Source: Octopus vulgaris (Eukaryota). From it: a DNA stretch of 64,000 nucleotides. Positions 27,865 to 43,101 of this stretch are shown piece by piece. Each line of letters starts with the position of its first letter. The stretch's first letter is position 1. Location: assembly GCA_951406725.2 (NCBI GenBank), contig OX597817.1, forward strand, positions 45,322,001-45,386,000, in the 5' to 3' direction. The position numbers and the translations under genes were made by a program. Below the pieces are notes generated by a model that saw only the letters and a list, made by a program, of their open reading frames with translations, had not been told where the DNA came from and ran no database searches.

Positions 27865-28824
27865 ATATACCTACAACTACCTGTGTAATGTCAAACATTG
27901 TACGTAATCGGTTTTACCTTATTCAAGTGATGTTTCGTTGACATAATCTGTTGACATAATCTATTAACCTAATCTGTTAACCTAATCTGTGTGCTGACTT
28001 AATCTGTTAAAATACTAATTAACATAATGTTGTGTTATCTGTATATTTTATCTAATTACTTCCTCTATACAAGTCCATGCATATTCAAAACAGCTTTAAA
28101 ACACAAGAAATATATGTTTCACACCGAGAAAACGTTTCTGTTCCTTCTCTCATTTTCACGAAAAAGGCATTTTTCTTTACAAAGGAATACATATGGATGT
28201 AGATATCTGGTTTTTGTATAAATTCGTATGTTTGAGTCTCTACCACACCATTCCCGATGCCACAAACATTGCTCTCTTTCATCGTCTTCAACAAATTATT
28301 TAAATTAATATTCGCATTATTCATACCGAATTGAAAAAACATGGAACGTAACACAGATTTTCATGGGAATCTTGTAATTCAACACACTTGTAGACTTTCT
28401 AATCCTCACCATAATCTACTGAAAACCAAACTTACACGAGCTTCGTCAAGTATCTCCTTATCGCTTACTTACATAAGATATTACATTGACGATCTGTTAT
28501 ATGCAAGAAAGAAGTAATAACCAATCACTTACATTTAATATTTAAACTTGCGCCCATTCAGATATATTCTGTTAGATGTTTTTTTTTCTGTTTCTAGCTA
28601 GCCTTAGTGTTTTAGCTATCCTTAGTAAGCGAAAATCTCAAACTTAAACCTAACTACGGACAGTTGTGATACTGCATAGAGTTAAGGTGAAAAGTAATAA
28701 CATTTCAATAAACGATATTCCGTTTCTCACTCTCAATAAATTTATGAATATATTATAAAGCAGATACAAACGCATACAGGGACACATACGTATATGCATA
28801 CTCACACATACGCTCACACACATG

Positions 28825-29210
<386 letters not shown>

Positions 29211-29844
29211 CATTCATGAATATTCACATATACATGTGTATATGTGTGCGTTCGTGATATTTCAATATAGTAAAATACAACATCCAATAATAATTCTGGT
29301 TTTATGTTTAATTTTCTCTTTCCGAAATGGTTTTAAGAATTCCGTCTAACACCGTCTTATTAGATATTCTATAAATGTTTGTTAATATCTCGCAATATTA
29401 CTTCACCCAGTACAGGATCCATTTTCAACATATTGTTTGGTTGGTCCAGAAAACTATATTTGAAAACGATTATTTAATAACTGTTTCAAGTATACGCACG
29501 AAGCATGAAATTTGATGCATGCCTTATCCTATTACATCGGCAACATAAACTTGACTATACACTACATGATCGCTTCCTCTGCCAAAAGATGAAAGATAGA
29601 GTTCATTGCATCAGATCACAGTTTGAATTCACTCTAGGTAATGACCATGTAGCAAGGTACTTCTTCCATGGTTTTAAATATTTTATCATCCAACGTACTC
29701 ACATATTATCTACTAATAAGAAAAAAAAAATTAGTGCTATCATCATCATTATCATCATTGTCATCATCGTCATCATCATTGTCATCATCATCGTGATAAT
29801 ACTGATGATGGTTAAGATGATGGTGATGATGATGATGATGATGA

Positions 29845-31599
29845 TAACCATGTCACAGTAACAGTACTGAGTAAAGATATTGGAATGCAGTTTGGGGTAA
29901 ATAAATGCACAGCAGTTCATATTATGGAGGCTGGATGATAAATTCTGAAGGTATGAAATTACCACAAGACAGGATAATTGGATCACTCCGAAATAAGGAG
30001 TGATGCAAGGAATAATGATTGCTGAATCTTGATAGAATAATTGTAGGAGAAAATAGAGAGAAAATTGCTAAAGAGGCGAATTTGAAACGTGCTCGAAGAA
30101 AACTTAATGGAAAGACTTTCATTAAAGAAGTAAATATATGAGCTCTGCCAATAGTCAAATATTCTGTTCCCTTTCTGAAATGAGCAAAAGTCGTTGCGAC
30201 AGTTTAAACGGAAGTAGAAATGTGCTCCCAATGCAGAACACATACCATTCTAAAAGAAATACCGACAAAAATGAAGGAAGAGGATTAACGGGGCAGACAA
30301 CGCGTCTACCGCGTTGCTGGGCTTGAAACAGTTACACTATGCATAGTAAATAAGAGAAGACTAATGGCGCCTAGAGATGCGCAAGCATTAATTGAATTCG
30401 AAGAGAAAAGGCAGAATAAAAAAAAAACATGAGAGTCGATATAAATGGAATTACGTGGCCGAGAATACTCGAAATAACGAACACTAAAGGTGAAGTGAGA
30501 CGGAAAACTGAAAAGGTATTGCTTCTCAGGAGCAAGCTATACGAACGAATATAATAACGGCAAAAATCGACACCACTAACGGCAGCGACGAATGCAAAAT
30601 GTGTGCTGAGAGGAGCGAAACGTTATGGCACACCGTTAGCGAATACCCGAAATTGGTCCAGCGCGAATACAAAAGACGCCATGACAATGTGGCAAGAATG
30701 ATTCATTGAAAGTTGTGGAAACCACGGCCTTCAAAGAGGAGAGACGTGGTACGTGCATACACTGTGACCATAATATCTCGGCAAAATAATTTGATAAGCT
30801 TAGAAAATATAAAGATTTGCTAATCGCACATCGAAAAAATGTGGCATCTCAAGATGGTCACAATACCAGTGATTGTAGCAGCACTTGAGATGATCAAAAA
30901 AGGAACTGAAATTTATTTGAGGATGATTCCTGGCTTACCATTAATGCAGGAAGGGCAAAAGATTGTCTTAACTGTTGAGTCACACGTATTGCGAAGAGCA
31001 TGGTCGCTGTGAATTTTCTTTCCTTTTTCCCCTTTATTTTATTTATTCTTTAACTCTTTTACTTGTTTCAGTCATTTGACTGCAGCCATGCTGGAGCACC
31101 GCCTTTAATCGAGCAACTCGTCCCCGGGACTTCTTCTTTGTAAGCCCAGCACTTATACTATCGGTCTCTTTTGCTGAACCGCTAAGTGACGGGGACATAA
31201 ACACACCAGCATCGGTTGTCAAGCAATGCTAGGGGGACAAACACGCACACACACGCACACACACACACACATATATACGACGGGCTTCTTTCAGTTTCCG
31301 TCTACCAAATCCACTCACAAGGCTTTGGTCGGCCTGAGGCTATAGTAGAAGACACTTGCCCAAGGTGCCACGTATGTGGTTGGTAAGCAAGCTACTTACC
31401 ACACAGCCACTCCTGCGCCTATTTGTTTACAGTTTTATTTTTTCCTTTTTCTTTCTGTCTTATACATTTTCTTTATCACATGACTTTTTTTAATGAACAA
31501 TCTGGTATGTGTATTTTAATGGCCGACCAATGTACAAAGTACATTTCTCTGCCCTAGGTTTCAGGAAATAACTCGGCGTGAAATGGAAACAGAATTGAA

Positions 31600-31600
<1 letters not shown>
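29845..31600 (+). mobile_element. Decayed R4/Dong-like (RLE-type) LINE, 5'-truncated, ending at (TAA/GAT)n
   Basis: SKDIGMQFGVNKC (RT), CKMCAERSETLWH (zinc finger), YKRRHDNVA, KLRKYKDL, IPVIVAAL and QKIVL; SINE B nested in the 3' UTR. Confidence 0.8.
31045..31420 (-). mobile_element. SINE family B
   Basis: Reverse complement of 48362-48720. Confidence 0.85.
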
Positions 31601-31785
<185 letters not shown>

Positions 31786-31787
31786 TC

Positions 31788-32170
31788 AGTTGAGCATGTC
31801 CCTTAGTGGCTGACGATATGTGCATCTCTGATCACGAGCAGAAGTAGTGGGGGAGCATCATAGCCATGTGTTGAGAGGGTTTGAATAATTCACCTCTGGA
31901 AACATGGGTGGTTCTTTCAATATCCTTAAACAACCTTATTCAGGGACCTTTTGAGCGGGATGGGTTGCTCAACCTGAAGAAAATTCTAACTGGGCCCCGC
32001 CTGCAAGGTCATGTGCTGTTTATCTTGATATGAGATCCTCATGTCGCGCACATATGGTTGTGATGCATGTGCCTGGTGTACCTTTATCAGACGGGTAGTC
32101 ATGATGGGTATATTGGGCTTCGTATATTTTACCCAATGTCACTTTGATGGCATGAACTGCTCTCTCACTC
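31788..32170 (+). mobile_element. Non-coding repeat inserted in (TAA)n; same family as 8375-8985
   Basis: Flanked on both sides by (TAA)n; ends ctctctcactc-(AAT)n. Confidence 0.7.
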
Positions 32171-32216
<46 letters not shown>

Positions 32217-32219
32217 TTA

Positions 32220-32700
32220 ATAAAGTAGATGTCGCACTCAAAATTGAATAGATGGAATGTGGGCGATAGCAGAAACTCGCTAAGGAGCCGGAATTATAAA
32301 ATAGCAAAAGAAAGGAGTGATGACAATGGATACAAAGACCATGATAATGTTGATAGTACACGGAGCCTTCCACACTAAGAATGACACCGATAAGCTGGTC
32401 TTGTCGAGAACAAAGGGTGGGAGAGGTCTGATCATTTGCCAGGACTGTATTGAAGCTGAGGAAAACAGCTTAATGTGAAATATGGAAAATAGCGTGGAGC
32501 CACTGTTGAAACATAGGATGAAGGCCGGCCTCATCAAAACTGAAAATTGTGGAATGAAAGAAAAATTTAAAAAAGAAAGGAAAGAAGAAATGAAAAACCA
32601 TGGAAGGAAAAATGTGCGGCCAGTTTGGATGAGAGATGTGGACGCCAAGACGGATACAGGATGTGGAGGAGTGACCTGACGATAGAGACAGAAGCACTCA
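32220..32700 (+). mobile_element. R4/Dong-like LINE RT C-terminal fragment
   Basis: HGAFHTKNDTDKLVLSRTKGGRGL (HPKSDVDRLY..GGRGL motif). Confidence 0.7.
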
Positions 32701-32918
32701 TATGTACAACTCCTGGACAAGTGTTGAGAACTGAACTGCTTCATTTTCGTTTTTCTTATTTTTGTTAAATCCTCCAGACGTTATAGAGAAATGAAACAGA
32801 ACAGCGCAATAGTTACCATGTGAGATTGGTTGAACGATATTTCGGCATCTAGCGTGCCTTCCACAGGTTCAAAAATTACTACTCACCTCCTCCCTCCCTC
32901 TCGTCATCCCCTCCTGCT

Positions 32919-32949
<31 letters not shown>

Positions 32950-33033
32950 TTGGTCCTGCTGCAACTGCTAAAACTACTACCACCACCACCACCACCATTA
33001 CTACTACTACTATACTACCACTACGGCTACTAT

Positions 33034-33082
<49 letters not shown>

Positions 33083-33301
33083 GTCATTAAGACACTATTA
33101 TATGTTAAAACTCGCTTATTTGTATACATATATACGTATCCATGCGCTTACAAATACGCATATATGCAAACATATACATATATACATGCATTTACATATA
33201 TGTATATCGAAGCATATATAAATAGACATAAAGATACGTATATACACATACATAGATACGTATATACACATACATAGATATATATATATATATATATACA
33301 C

Positions 33302-33345
<44 letters not shown>

Positions 33346-33649
33346 GAGTGGACGTCAGTATATGTGATACACACATATAAATATATACTGAAATTCATGC
33401 ACAAGCATTTATGCAAACTTAAATTATATCGTGTAGCTACAAGGAATAAAGTATTTGCAAAATACACATTATACACGTAACACATCATATATATTAATTT
33501 TTAGTCTTCAACATTTTTGAGATAGCTGTCCTAAAGCGATCCATACAAAATCGACTCCCAAATCTTTCGGCGAATTTTATATCTGACATGCACAGAAATC
33601 TCAGCTCTTGAGTATGTTTATTGAATATGCTGATTAAAAATAACACCCA

Positions 33650-34262
33650 CACACAGTCTATATGTATGATTCTTCTATTTTTTTAAATATTATAAATCTC
33701 ACATTGAGGAACGAGCCGGTTTCCAACAAAGATGCAAAGCTCCATCTTTGGCATGTTGTTAAGATAAACAATTTCACATTTTGGAACTAGAGAAAAGTCT
33801 TGCTTATTTTTACTGCTCCACTCAACAGATTGTACTTGTAATGTAAGAATCAGTCAGTCGATTTCTCTTTCTGAAAATCCCTAGCTCATCCATATTTCTC
33901 CAGTTATTATTGAGATGAATATGAATTCAAAATCTGGATATATGGGTATAGAAGCTGGAGGTTTCGAATCAGTTGCCCATACATATCCTCTTTTTCTTTG
34001 ATTCTCAGACATATTTATAACTGCAGGGAGCTGATATCTATGATAGTACATACAGTTGCCCCTCTGTCCCAGATAACAATATCCGGCCTGTTATATTTAA
34101 ACATAATTGAAATTTTGATGAGAATATTCCACCAGTATTCCTTGAGTTGGTGTTTATGAATGTATTCCATAACAGAGGGATTTTCTAAGTTTATTTCAGG
34201 ACAGTCTTTTTTGCGGATGGCATTTTAAATTGCTTTAGCAACGCCATCGTGTCACATAGGGA
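33650..34262 (-). mobile_element. R4/Dong/NeSL-like RLE endonuclease fragment
   Basis: Minus frame has RHDGVAKAI..EYWWN..YNRPDIVIWD..IIDIS. Confidence 0.7.
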
Positions 34263-34557
34263 AGTAGAACCTGCTGCATAGTGTGGTAGTACGCATGTGC
34301 GTATTTATGTATGTATGTATACACATACAAGCGCGCGATCAAACACACATATACGGATAGCATGTAAGAGGTAGATATGCAGTATATAGAAAGCGCGTTG
34401 TAGTGCTCAAATAAATTTGAGCATCAATTCTGAAATCTCCATCCAGGACTAGGCCCACGGTAACAAGAGTGATTATAAGAGAGATCAAAGACGAAAGATA
34501 AGATATGTAAGGAGTAGTGCAGATTATCCCATTTAGGTTTCACACCTACATACACCA

Positions 34558-34612
<55 letters not shown>

Positions 34613-35234
34613 CATATGCATACACATACATATATATATGCATATATATATATGTATATATATATATGTGTCGAGCCTAATTTTGTTTATCTCCATTACT
34701 ACTTCTCTCTCCCTCTTTCTCTCTCTATATATGTATGTATATATATGTATATACATATAAACCAGAAAAGTTTGAGAAGTAACGTGCACAAGTATCTCGC
34801 TTCTAAAGTCATAAATTCGTAGTTTGGTAGGCACACATTTCACACAGTCATACAGATACTGACAGTTAATAATCACAACTTGGCGGTCTGTTTCATTTGC
34901 GTACCCAGCATTAAGAGAATCCAAGAGCAGAATTACGATGCTCATGTAGTGTGTACAATTACACCCTACATGTATTACATCCGGAAATAGCATCAGGAAC
35001 AACAGAAGTTCTTTAAGCTTCCCCTCGATATTTGCACTCAACATACTTGGGAAAACCTGATATAACCGTCCAACACAAAATGAAGGGTACAGGCCTTAAA
35101 GTGTTTCTGCTTCAAAATATTGATTTTTATCACGTGTACAGATTAGAGAAGAAACCGATATCTCAGGCAGCACCTCACCAAATATGCAGGCAGACAAGAA
35201 AAATAAATATACATTTATGTATTTTTGAAGTATA

Positions 35235-35450
35235 TGTGGGGTCCTGAAACGTTCAGAACTTTGGGGAAAAGAAAGTACAGAAGGACCAGTTAATTATGAT
35301 TTTATTCAACATATTTCCCTCCCAGATTCACACACTTATTGCAGTGGTCTTTCAGGTTTTCTAAACCCTGTAAAAGAATTAGGAAGTTTGGGCTTTAAAC
35401 CAGATTTTTCGCGATATCATTAAAGTCAGGAAATTTTCAGCACCGCTTCG
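35235..35450. mobile_element. Mariner-derived MITE
   Basis: Imperfect TIRs (tgtggggtcctgaaacgttc / aaattttcagcaccgcttcg) flanked by TA. Confidence 0.55.
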
Positions 35451-37494
35451 TATATTTGGGGATGAAATACTCGTTTAAAAATCTGTAATGATGCAATGTA
35501 TGATGCACAAATATACAACGAACCAGAATTCGAAAATTGAAGACGAGGAACAGATTTCTGTTTCCAGATGCTAATGCCTGACATATCGTATTTCGCAAGT
35601 TCGCAATTTTCCTGAAGATATATATTAGTGAAGCCTGCAGGAACTCATTAAAATTGTTGCAGGTTTTCTGCGAAATATTTTTCTTTACATTTCACCGACG
35701 CCAAAATGTATGTTGAGTTTCATTGTATATATTGAAAGAGAACGGAAAACATATGTCACGAATATGAGACAAATGATATTTTCTAATTGTGTTTTATCCA
35801 TTTTATGAAATGGATAAACACAATCTGTAGCGTATAGGAAATATATAAAAACACAATGTAAAGATATTTGCCACGGAGTACCGTGGGCTTCAGGAAATAT
35901 TAGTCAAATATTACAACGTTCATGCTTTCCTAACAGCGAATAAAACCGAAGACCAAATGTGGATCCAATTACCCAGTGCTTATGTGCTTATTTAACTAAG
36001 CAGTGTTTGGAGCTACTTATACAGATGTCTATGCATTGCCCAACCAACCAGGAATTTGTTTTTTTTATGCTGTTGTTGTTGTTGGTACGACGGATGTATT
36101 ATGACAAAGCCGTAGGCGTGTGATTCTTATCTACACTACTCTATCAATAGTACAGGTAATATTAAATTCTAGTGTCAAAAACATTTCTAATTCCATTTAT
36201 AGATACAAAGGCCACCTAATTATAAATTGTTACTTTTCTCTTTGGACAAATAGCAGGCGCTGTATAAAATATTGTCCCAAGTAGGTAGGAAATCGTTTAT
36301 GTGGCTACCGCCTTTGTTGTACAAAACTGGATTGGGAAAAATATTGTGTACATTTCTTCAGTATCTATTTACACACTGCAGTGAGCGCTAATCCACGTGT
36401 ACTGTTTCATAAACATTACTTTACTGTATATTTTACATGGCACAAAACACGATAATACTGCATTATCTGATCTACTTTCTAGTAAAATAAGCCGTCTACA
36501 AATTGAATTTTCCAATTTAATGAAGTCCTTAATTAACGTATCTATCGATATATACAATATTCGTGTACATACACAACAGCCTCTTTTTGACTGCTGAAGT
36601 ATTTTCTCGAATCGTGTTGACTTCCTCTCCTTGCCATAAAAATATTGTAACTGAATTTACCTATATATGTGAAGTGGACTGGAATGCATACACACATATA
36701 TGCACACACTCAGTTTACCAGGACTAGCATTATAGTCAACTAGAAAATTCGGTATCATCCTTCAATCGCTTTCAATCCAATTATTTTTTCGATATTCGCC
36801 GTACACAATTTGAAGCACATTCATCATAAAATACTGTAATACTAATTATCCGGTATAACATCTTTGCAAACCTTTCTTTTCTTCATTTAAATGTTACAGT
36901 TAGTTCCTGCTTATCAATAGAAATTTATTTCGCTCGTGTTATAAGCCAGGTTTTATTGCATTGCAGAGATATAGTAAGCTTAAAAATCCACCAGCTGTAG
37001 AGATTCCCGTGTATACACGTACATTGTAATATTAGCAGTGAGAATTATTCACAAAAAGCCGAAAATAAAGTCAGAAATATTAATTATAAAATGAATTAAC
37101 TGGCTGAATTTCCTTTATACGTATTATCTGAGAAAGATCATATAACTTGAGAGTAAAAATAGTATTATGAAGAAATGCTTATCGAACATATTAATTTCAA
37201 AAGAGGAAAATAAACCAAAATATAAGATTAAAAACAATATTCTATCTTGAAATACAAAACTCGATGTAAAGTAGGACATATTGTACAGGTGGCAAACGCG
37301 AGGAAAAAAATAAACAAGTGATTAATTTGTTGACGATCAGAGAAGCATAAGTAGGTTAATTTATGCGAATATGTAAAATCTGGAATTAGGTTAATCAATT
37401 TTTTCTTTCAGAAACGCTAGCTTCAAATCAAAACAACATACGCACACGCACACATACATATACACCACCCCACATACATACATTTGTACATATA

Positions 37495-38232
37495 CAGGAT
37501 GCGGAGATTAAACTGTCGTCTAAATTATGCACAAATGAAAATAACAATGATATCTCATTTTAACATCTATATTCACCATAATTACATTAAACTATCCTGA
37601 AATACTAAAGAGTAAATCCATTCAATAAACTCGGCATTGCTTAACCACGGACTCCAAACGTCTTCAGAATCTCTTGCAACTCTTCTGGATAGTCTCTTTG
37701 TTTAAGTTGGTGAATGCTGACGTAAAATTTTGCCTTCACTTCATCTTTGATGTTAGAAGGAATGTTAGAGGAAATGTGGTCGGGCAAATTGTCTCACAGC
37801 CATGACTGTGTTCCCTTGCTTGTATGGCACGGTGCAGAGTCCTGTTGCTAGACAAAGAGTCTTCCAGCAGCCACCCTCTTGATCCAGGGCAGAACTAACA
37901 CCTCCAGTCACTTTATATGGGCCTCCGTGTTCAGTGTGAGGCGTTGTGGGAAGATGAATGGAGGCATATATCGTCGCCATCACTAGTGGTCACTCCAAAC
38001 ATCATGATATTGACGCGATGATTGATTTTTATCATTCTCGGTACATGTCCTCAGATTGCGAAGTCCTGAGATTGACAAACGGACATTGAACTTTTCGTAT
38101 TGGAGTTTCCAGCACGAATGACAAGCAGTACAGCATGTCGTTTCTAAATTCCTGGTAAAATGAATAATATCATATTGCTGGTTTTCTTTGACCCTATTTA
38201 TGATATAGAGGCAATTTACTCATCGCACCCTG
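37495..38232 (-). mobile_element. Internally deleted Tc1/mariner (DD37D-like) element with TIRs
   Basis: TA-CAGG(A/G)TGCG termini; minus frames give IMMFGVTTSDGDDMPPFIFP, LPWIKRVAAGR and QQDSAPCHTSK. Confidence 0.8.
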
Positions 38233-38270
38233 TATGTATGGGCATGTATGTATGTGTGTATGTATGAATA

Positions 38271-38303
<33 letters not shown>

Positions 38304-39599
38304 GCATATATATATTTATATTTAACCCATATGTATATACGCAGGATTGCACCAAACAGACTTACGGTCATGGATCTACGCATTATTGCACTCATTCTCT
38401 GGCTTCTAAAACTTCGGAAAATTGAACTAAGTAACTTTTATGTTTCTTTTTTCCTTTTCTCCGTCCATCTCCTTATTTTTTTATTTGCTTCCTCTATATT
38501 GTCATCTTATTCATATATACTTTTCTCATTTTCCATATTTTCCCCCTGTTTGTCTCGGATGACGGAATATCCCATACTCAGAGAAACAGAAACAGCGGCA
38601 CGATTTTCAATTTCTGCTCATTAATAATATTGTATATGATCTGAGATATTTGCCTTTCCTTAATGTTTGGTGTCCTGTTTAACTCTCATATATCCGCTGC
38701 ATTGGAAATCTGAAATGGCTCCATAACTACCGTCTCGGCTATAACCTTAGAGACCTAATAATCCGTTACGGCTCTTACCTAGAGTAACTAATCGTTTAGA
38801 TCACCTGACCTAAACCCCCATACTTTGTATATATATGAGATTTGTTATATATATATATATATACATATACATATACATACAATAGTGAAGTATATTTGCC
38901 ACATAAATATGGTTAACCCTTAAGGGTGGATGCTACTGTAGCTTGTAGCACTAGGAAGACATCTCCTCCAGTTGCCTATGGGCACACTTTCTGTGCTGCT
39001 GTATTTACGTTTCTAACAAGCGGTTCAGCAAAACGAGAATGATAGAATAAGTATGAGGCATTTGGAAAACAAGTACAGAGGTCGATACATTTAAAATGAA
39101 AATTGTTCGAGCCGGTGCCCCAGGTTGGCTGCAGTATAACGGCTAAAACAAGTAAAAAATAAAAGATATATATATATATATATTCTTTAATATTTCAGGT
39201 GGGATAAATCAGTTTACTATGGATGGATGTTACCTCAGATAAAATTATATAGGATAATGTGATAGAAGCCAAGGCCATGGCGTTTAGTATGTAACAATAC
39301 GAATAACATTACCTGTATAATTTTACCTCTGAATTATATACAAGCAGTAAAATCAGGGTTATACCTGAATATATTCATCAAATGTACATTAACAATGTTA
39401 CGTGAATTACATGTAAGGTAGCCGTACGATTCATCAGACGTGTATTGAAATCACCACGTCAGCAGGTGGTTCATTTGTGTATAAAGATTTTTCATGTTAT
39501 TATCTAATTTAATTCAACTTCCTTCATTCCACCAAGCTAACGGAAATAGACAACTGGCCTTCTGATAATTATACATGTAATTCACATGCAAATTTAATT

Positions 39600-39885
39600 C
39601 TAACAAACCAGGAAATTTGAATCGAGAAAGAAAAATAGAATTTAAAGTTTTGATGGAGTTATTTGTAGGAAAAGGAAATAGTTTTCTTTGATAGCATTTT
39701 CACAATTCAAGTATAAAATATATTGAATAAACAAATTAATTTTTGAAACCATTATTATTATCGCTATTTTCAAATGAACCAGGAAATTTGAATCGAGACA
39801 ATAGAATTTAAATGATGGAGAGTTTTCAGCATTTTACAATTCAAGAAAATATATTGATATTATTATCGTATTTTCAAATGAACCG
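39600..39885. repeat. Degenerate tandem duplication, about 170 bp
   Basis: aaccaggaaatttgaatcgaga..aatagaatttaaa at about 39607 and 39777. Confidence 0.7.
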
Positions 39886-40049
39886 TTGAATAGCTTTTGT
39901 TTCTTTTGTTTTCATATGATTACGTTATTGGTTCAAATCACCCCGGAGTATCATTTCCATGACGATAAACTGAACATTTCAGATGACTGTTATTTAACAA
40001 AATCGATAACCTTTTCAAATCTGCATCGTACAATTTACAGAATTCTTTA

Positions 40050-40680
40050 GCGAACTGTTAGCATTCATAGCACGCCGGACAAAAATGTTTTTCACCATTT
40101 GCGAGTTTACATCGCTCTAACACTCTCCTTGTATTTCTTCTTTCGGGGTCAAGAAAATTCTTAATAGGCATGTGCCGGGGTCGATGTAAACGTCTTACAC
40201 ATCTCTCCCAAAACTACTATTTTTGTACCATAATTTAAAAACACTACTAATGTGCCGAGTTCAAGATGTTCGTTATAATTATTCTACACATCAACGATAT
40301 GCCCCTCAATATCTTCCGAAATATAGGCACAAATGTTGTTGTGTGGTAAGAATTCTTATTACCAACCACATTACTCCACGTTCAGTCCCACTGCATGGCA
40401 AATTGGGTATGTGTCCATCACTATCGACCTAGACCAAACATATGCAGGTGGATTTGGTGAACTGAACGAAGTTAGTTGTATATATTTACGTATATGTTTT
40501 TCATCAACGTCTTTTCATAAACAGTATTGACTTGTTTGTATCATAGCGGTTCGGCAAAAGAAGACCAATAGCATAACTACTCGACATTAAAGTCCTAAAA
40601 ATTAAGGTTTATGTGTTTAACTAAAACCTGCAAAGTAGTCCCTAATCATGGCCCCATTCTACTGACTGAAAGTAGAAAAA
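40050..40680 (+). mobile_element. Degenerate SINE A (about 40050-40245) followed by degenerate SINE B (about 40325-40680)
   Basis: tttcggggtc..ggggtcgatgtaa, then ttcagtcccactgc..cggttcggcaaaag. Confidence 0.6.
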
Positions 40681-40732
40681 AAAACTTAGAAGGTGAATGC
40701 ATTAGTGACTGCAAGATAGTTGGATTCTGAAT

Positions 40733-41030
40733 TGTCGGTTCCTTCTCGAGCCACGTCTGGCCATAAGGGCCGGGTTCCCGGTTTCCTTGGCGTATAGGTT
40801 CCCCACTGGGACGGGACACCGGTCCACCACAGGTGAGCTGCAAAATGCAGGAGGAAAGAGTGAGAGAAAGTTGTGGCGAAAGAGTCAGCAGAAGTTCGCC
40901 ATTACCTTCTGCTGGAGCCGCATGGAGCCTAGTTGTTTCGCTCATAAACACACAGACCACCCGGTCTGAGATACGAACCCGCAATCTCTCGACCGCGACT
41001 CCGCTACTCTAACCACTAGGCCATGTGCAT
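40733..41030 (-). mobile_element. SINE family C
   Basis: Reverse complement of 727-990 and 14307-14612. Confidence 0.85.
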
Positions 41031-41211
41031 CCTGGCTCCTGAATACCGTTTCTAAATTTATCAAACCTTTTTAATAGTACTCAATGCTAATTTAGTTTTT
41101 AAATATCATGTTATGTTTTATTCACTCGTAATATTTTCTATTGTAATTCATACTCATATGATGCCTGTCTTTATTGTATTGTATATTACCCCACTTAATA
41201 TAACTGTTAAT

Positions 41212-41410
41212 CTAGGAACTGGCAAGATCGTTAGCACGCCAGGTATTTCGCGTCCATTTTCATGTTCCGAGTTCAAATTCCGCTGAGGTTGTATTTGTCT
41301 TTCATCTCTTCGGCGGTCGATAGCTTAAGTACTCAGTTGAGTAACGAGGCTTGATATCATCGTCTTAAACACGTCCCCGAAATTTCTGACCATAAGCCAA
41401 AATTTAGAAT
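41212..41410 (+). mobile_element. SINE family A, degenerate
   Basis: ctggcaagatcgttagcacgcc..gagttcaaattccgc. Confidence 0.7.
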
Positions 41411-41660
41411 CAATGGAAGTGCAAATCTCTGTCTATGTTTCATGTGCCGCGGAAGAATTACCTGATATTTATATTTCTTTTTTTTTCTGTCTAAAGACAA
41501 TTCCATCTTCATTGATCTGTCCGTTTACAATCCTCACAACCTACAAATATATTTTTCAGGTCGATAGTGTATTTCATTTTTCAAAAACAGAGTATGTTTC
41601 AGCAGATTTAATACGCTAGTCTGTGATATCTTCCAGTGTTCTGTCTTCATATCTCTAATC

Positions 41661-42011
41661 CGTTTCTTTTATTACCCACAAGAGGCTAAACATAGAGAGG
41701 ACAAACAAGGACAGACAAACGGATTACGTCGATTACATCGACCCCAGTGCGTAACAGGTACTTAATTTATCGACCCCGAAAGGATGAAATGCAAAGTCGA
41801 CTTCGGCGGAATTTGAACTCAGAACGTAACGGCAGACGAAATACCGATTCACATTTCGCCCTGCGTGCTAACGATTCTGCCAGCTCGCCGCCTTCAAAAG
41901 GATGGAAGGCAAAGTCGACCGCGGCGGAATTTGAACTCAGAACGTAGCGGCAGACGAAATACCGCTAAGAATTTCGTCCTGGGTGCTAACGATTCTGCCA
42001 GCTCACCGCCC
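41661..42011 (-). mobile_element. SINE family A with duplicated head and 22-bp TSD
   Basis: TSD TTCTGTCTTCATATCTCTAATC at 41639-41660 and 42012-42033. Confidence 0.85.
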
Positions 42012-43061
42012 TTCTGTCTTCATATCTCTAATCATGCGATTCAGCATATTCCTGCGAATTGTATCTTAAATGTTTCTATTTACATGCCACGTATCATCCA
42101 TGGCACGTATTAAAATCGCTGGTGATTTCGGATTAATAGAATATAAAAAAATTGCATCACAAGTTATAAATTTTATCTTCAGAAGAAGGAAATAATTTAA
42201 ACTCCAATAGCTGCTGATATTTTAGCAAACGTAAGTGAAAACCACACATCCACATCTAGAATATCTCTGCCGCTACTAAACATGTTAGCTGAGAGGACGT
42301 GAAAACGAGCGCAATCCTGTTGATTGGAATATACTCATACGTTAACTAGACACGTTAGTCTCTAATTCCACCACCACTACAGATGTATATCTTATTTATA
42401 GTTTCCTAGTTGCATACCGGCTTCATTCTCAAATTTCGCATGCATCTATTTAATTCTACCCACAGCTTCTGTCGCCTCTCCTGGGAGAGATTTACTCAAA
42501 TGTTTTCTCTCTACATTCTACTATTTGGAACTTGAATATCATTACGTTTTAGTTTTTAAGAGAGTACTGAGCATATCTGATAACGTACTTACGTATATCA
42601 TTGACATTACATACATTGTACCATCGCTTTTTGTTTTCCTGGATAGTTGAATAGAATTGAAAATCTTTTTTTCTTTGTGACGACCAGGTGCAGGAGTGGC
42701 TGTGTGCTAAGTAGATTGCTTATCAACCACATAGTTCCGGGTTCAGTCCCACTGCGTGGCTCCAAGAGCAAGTGTCTTCTACTATAACCTCTGGCCGACC
42801 AAAGCCTTGTGAGTGGATTTGGTAGACGGAAACTGAAAGAAGCCCGCCGTACATATGTATATATATATATATATATAGATAGATAGATAAGAAAGTTTGT
42901 TTGGTAAAGCACGTGGGTGAATATATAAGAAAATAGTAAAGTGTGAAAAAACGACAGAAGGCTTAAATGTTAAAAAATATATATATTTGTGTCAAAATGT
43001 CTGGAGAATATTGGAAAAATTTTTTTCCTTTCCTTAAAATGACATAATTTAAAAATTTTTA

Positions 43062-43101
43062 AAGAAATTACCGGTTTCGCGTGTAGCTTTTCAAATTTCT
43101 T
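43062..43101 (-). ncRNA. Minimal type I hammerhead ribozyme (U3-A8 variant), inverted copy
   Basis: Exact reverse complement of 44983-45022. Confidence 0.7.

Noticed and set aside
27935-28012. 13-bp (gttgacataatct) minisatellite, and a 10-bp (aagttcagtc) one at 21661-21700
   Set aside because: Ordinary short slippage repeats with no further structure.
34830-35050. Possible host exon in ORF 34424-35044 (also 49615-49902)
   Set aside because: No recognisable domain or convincing splice-site pair; much of the first ORF's length is microsatellite.
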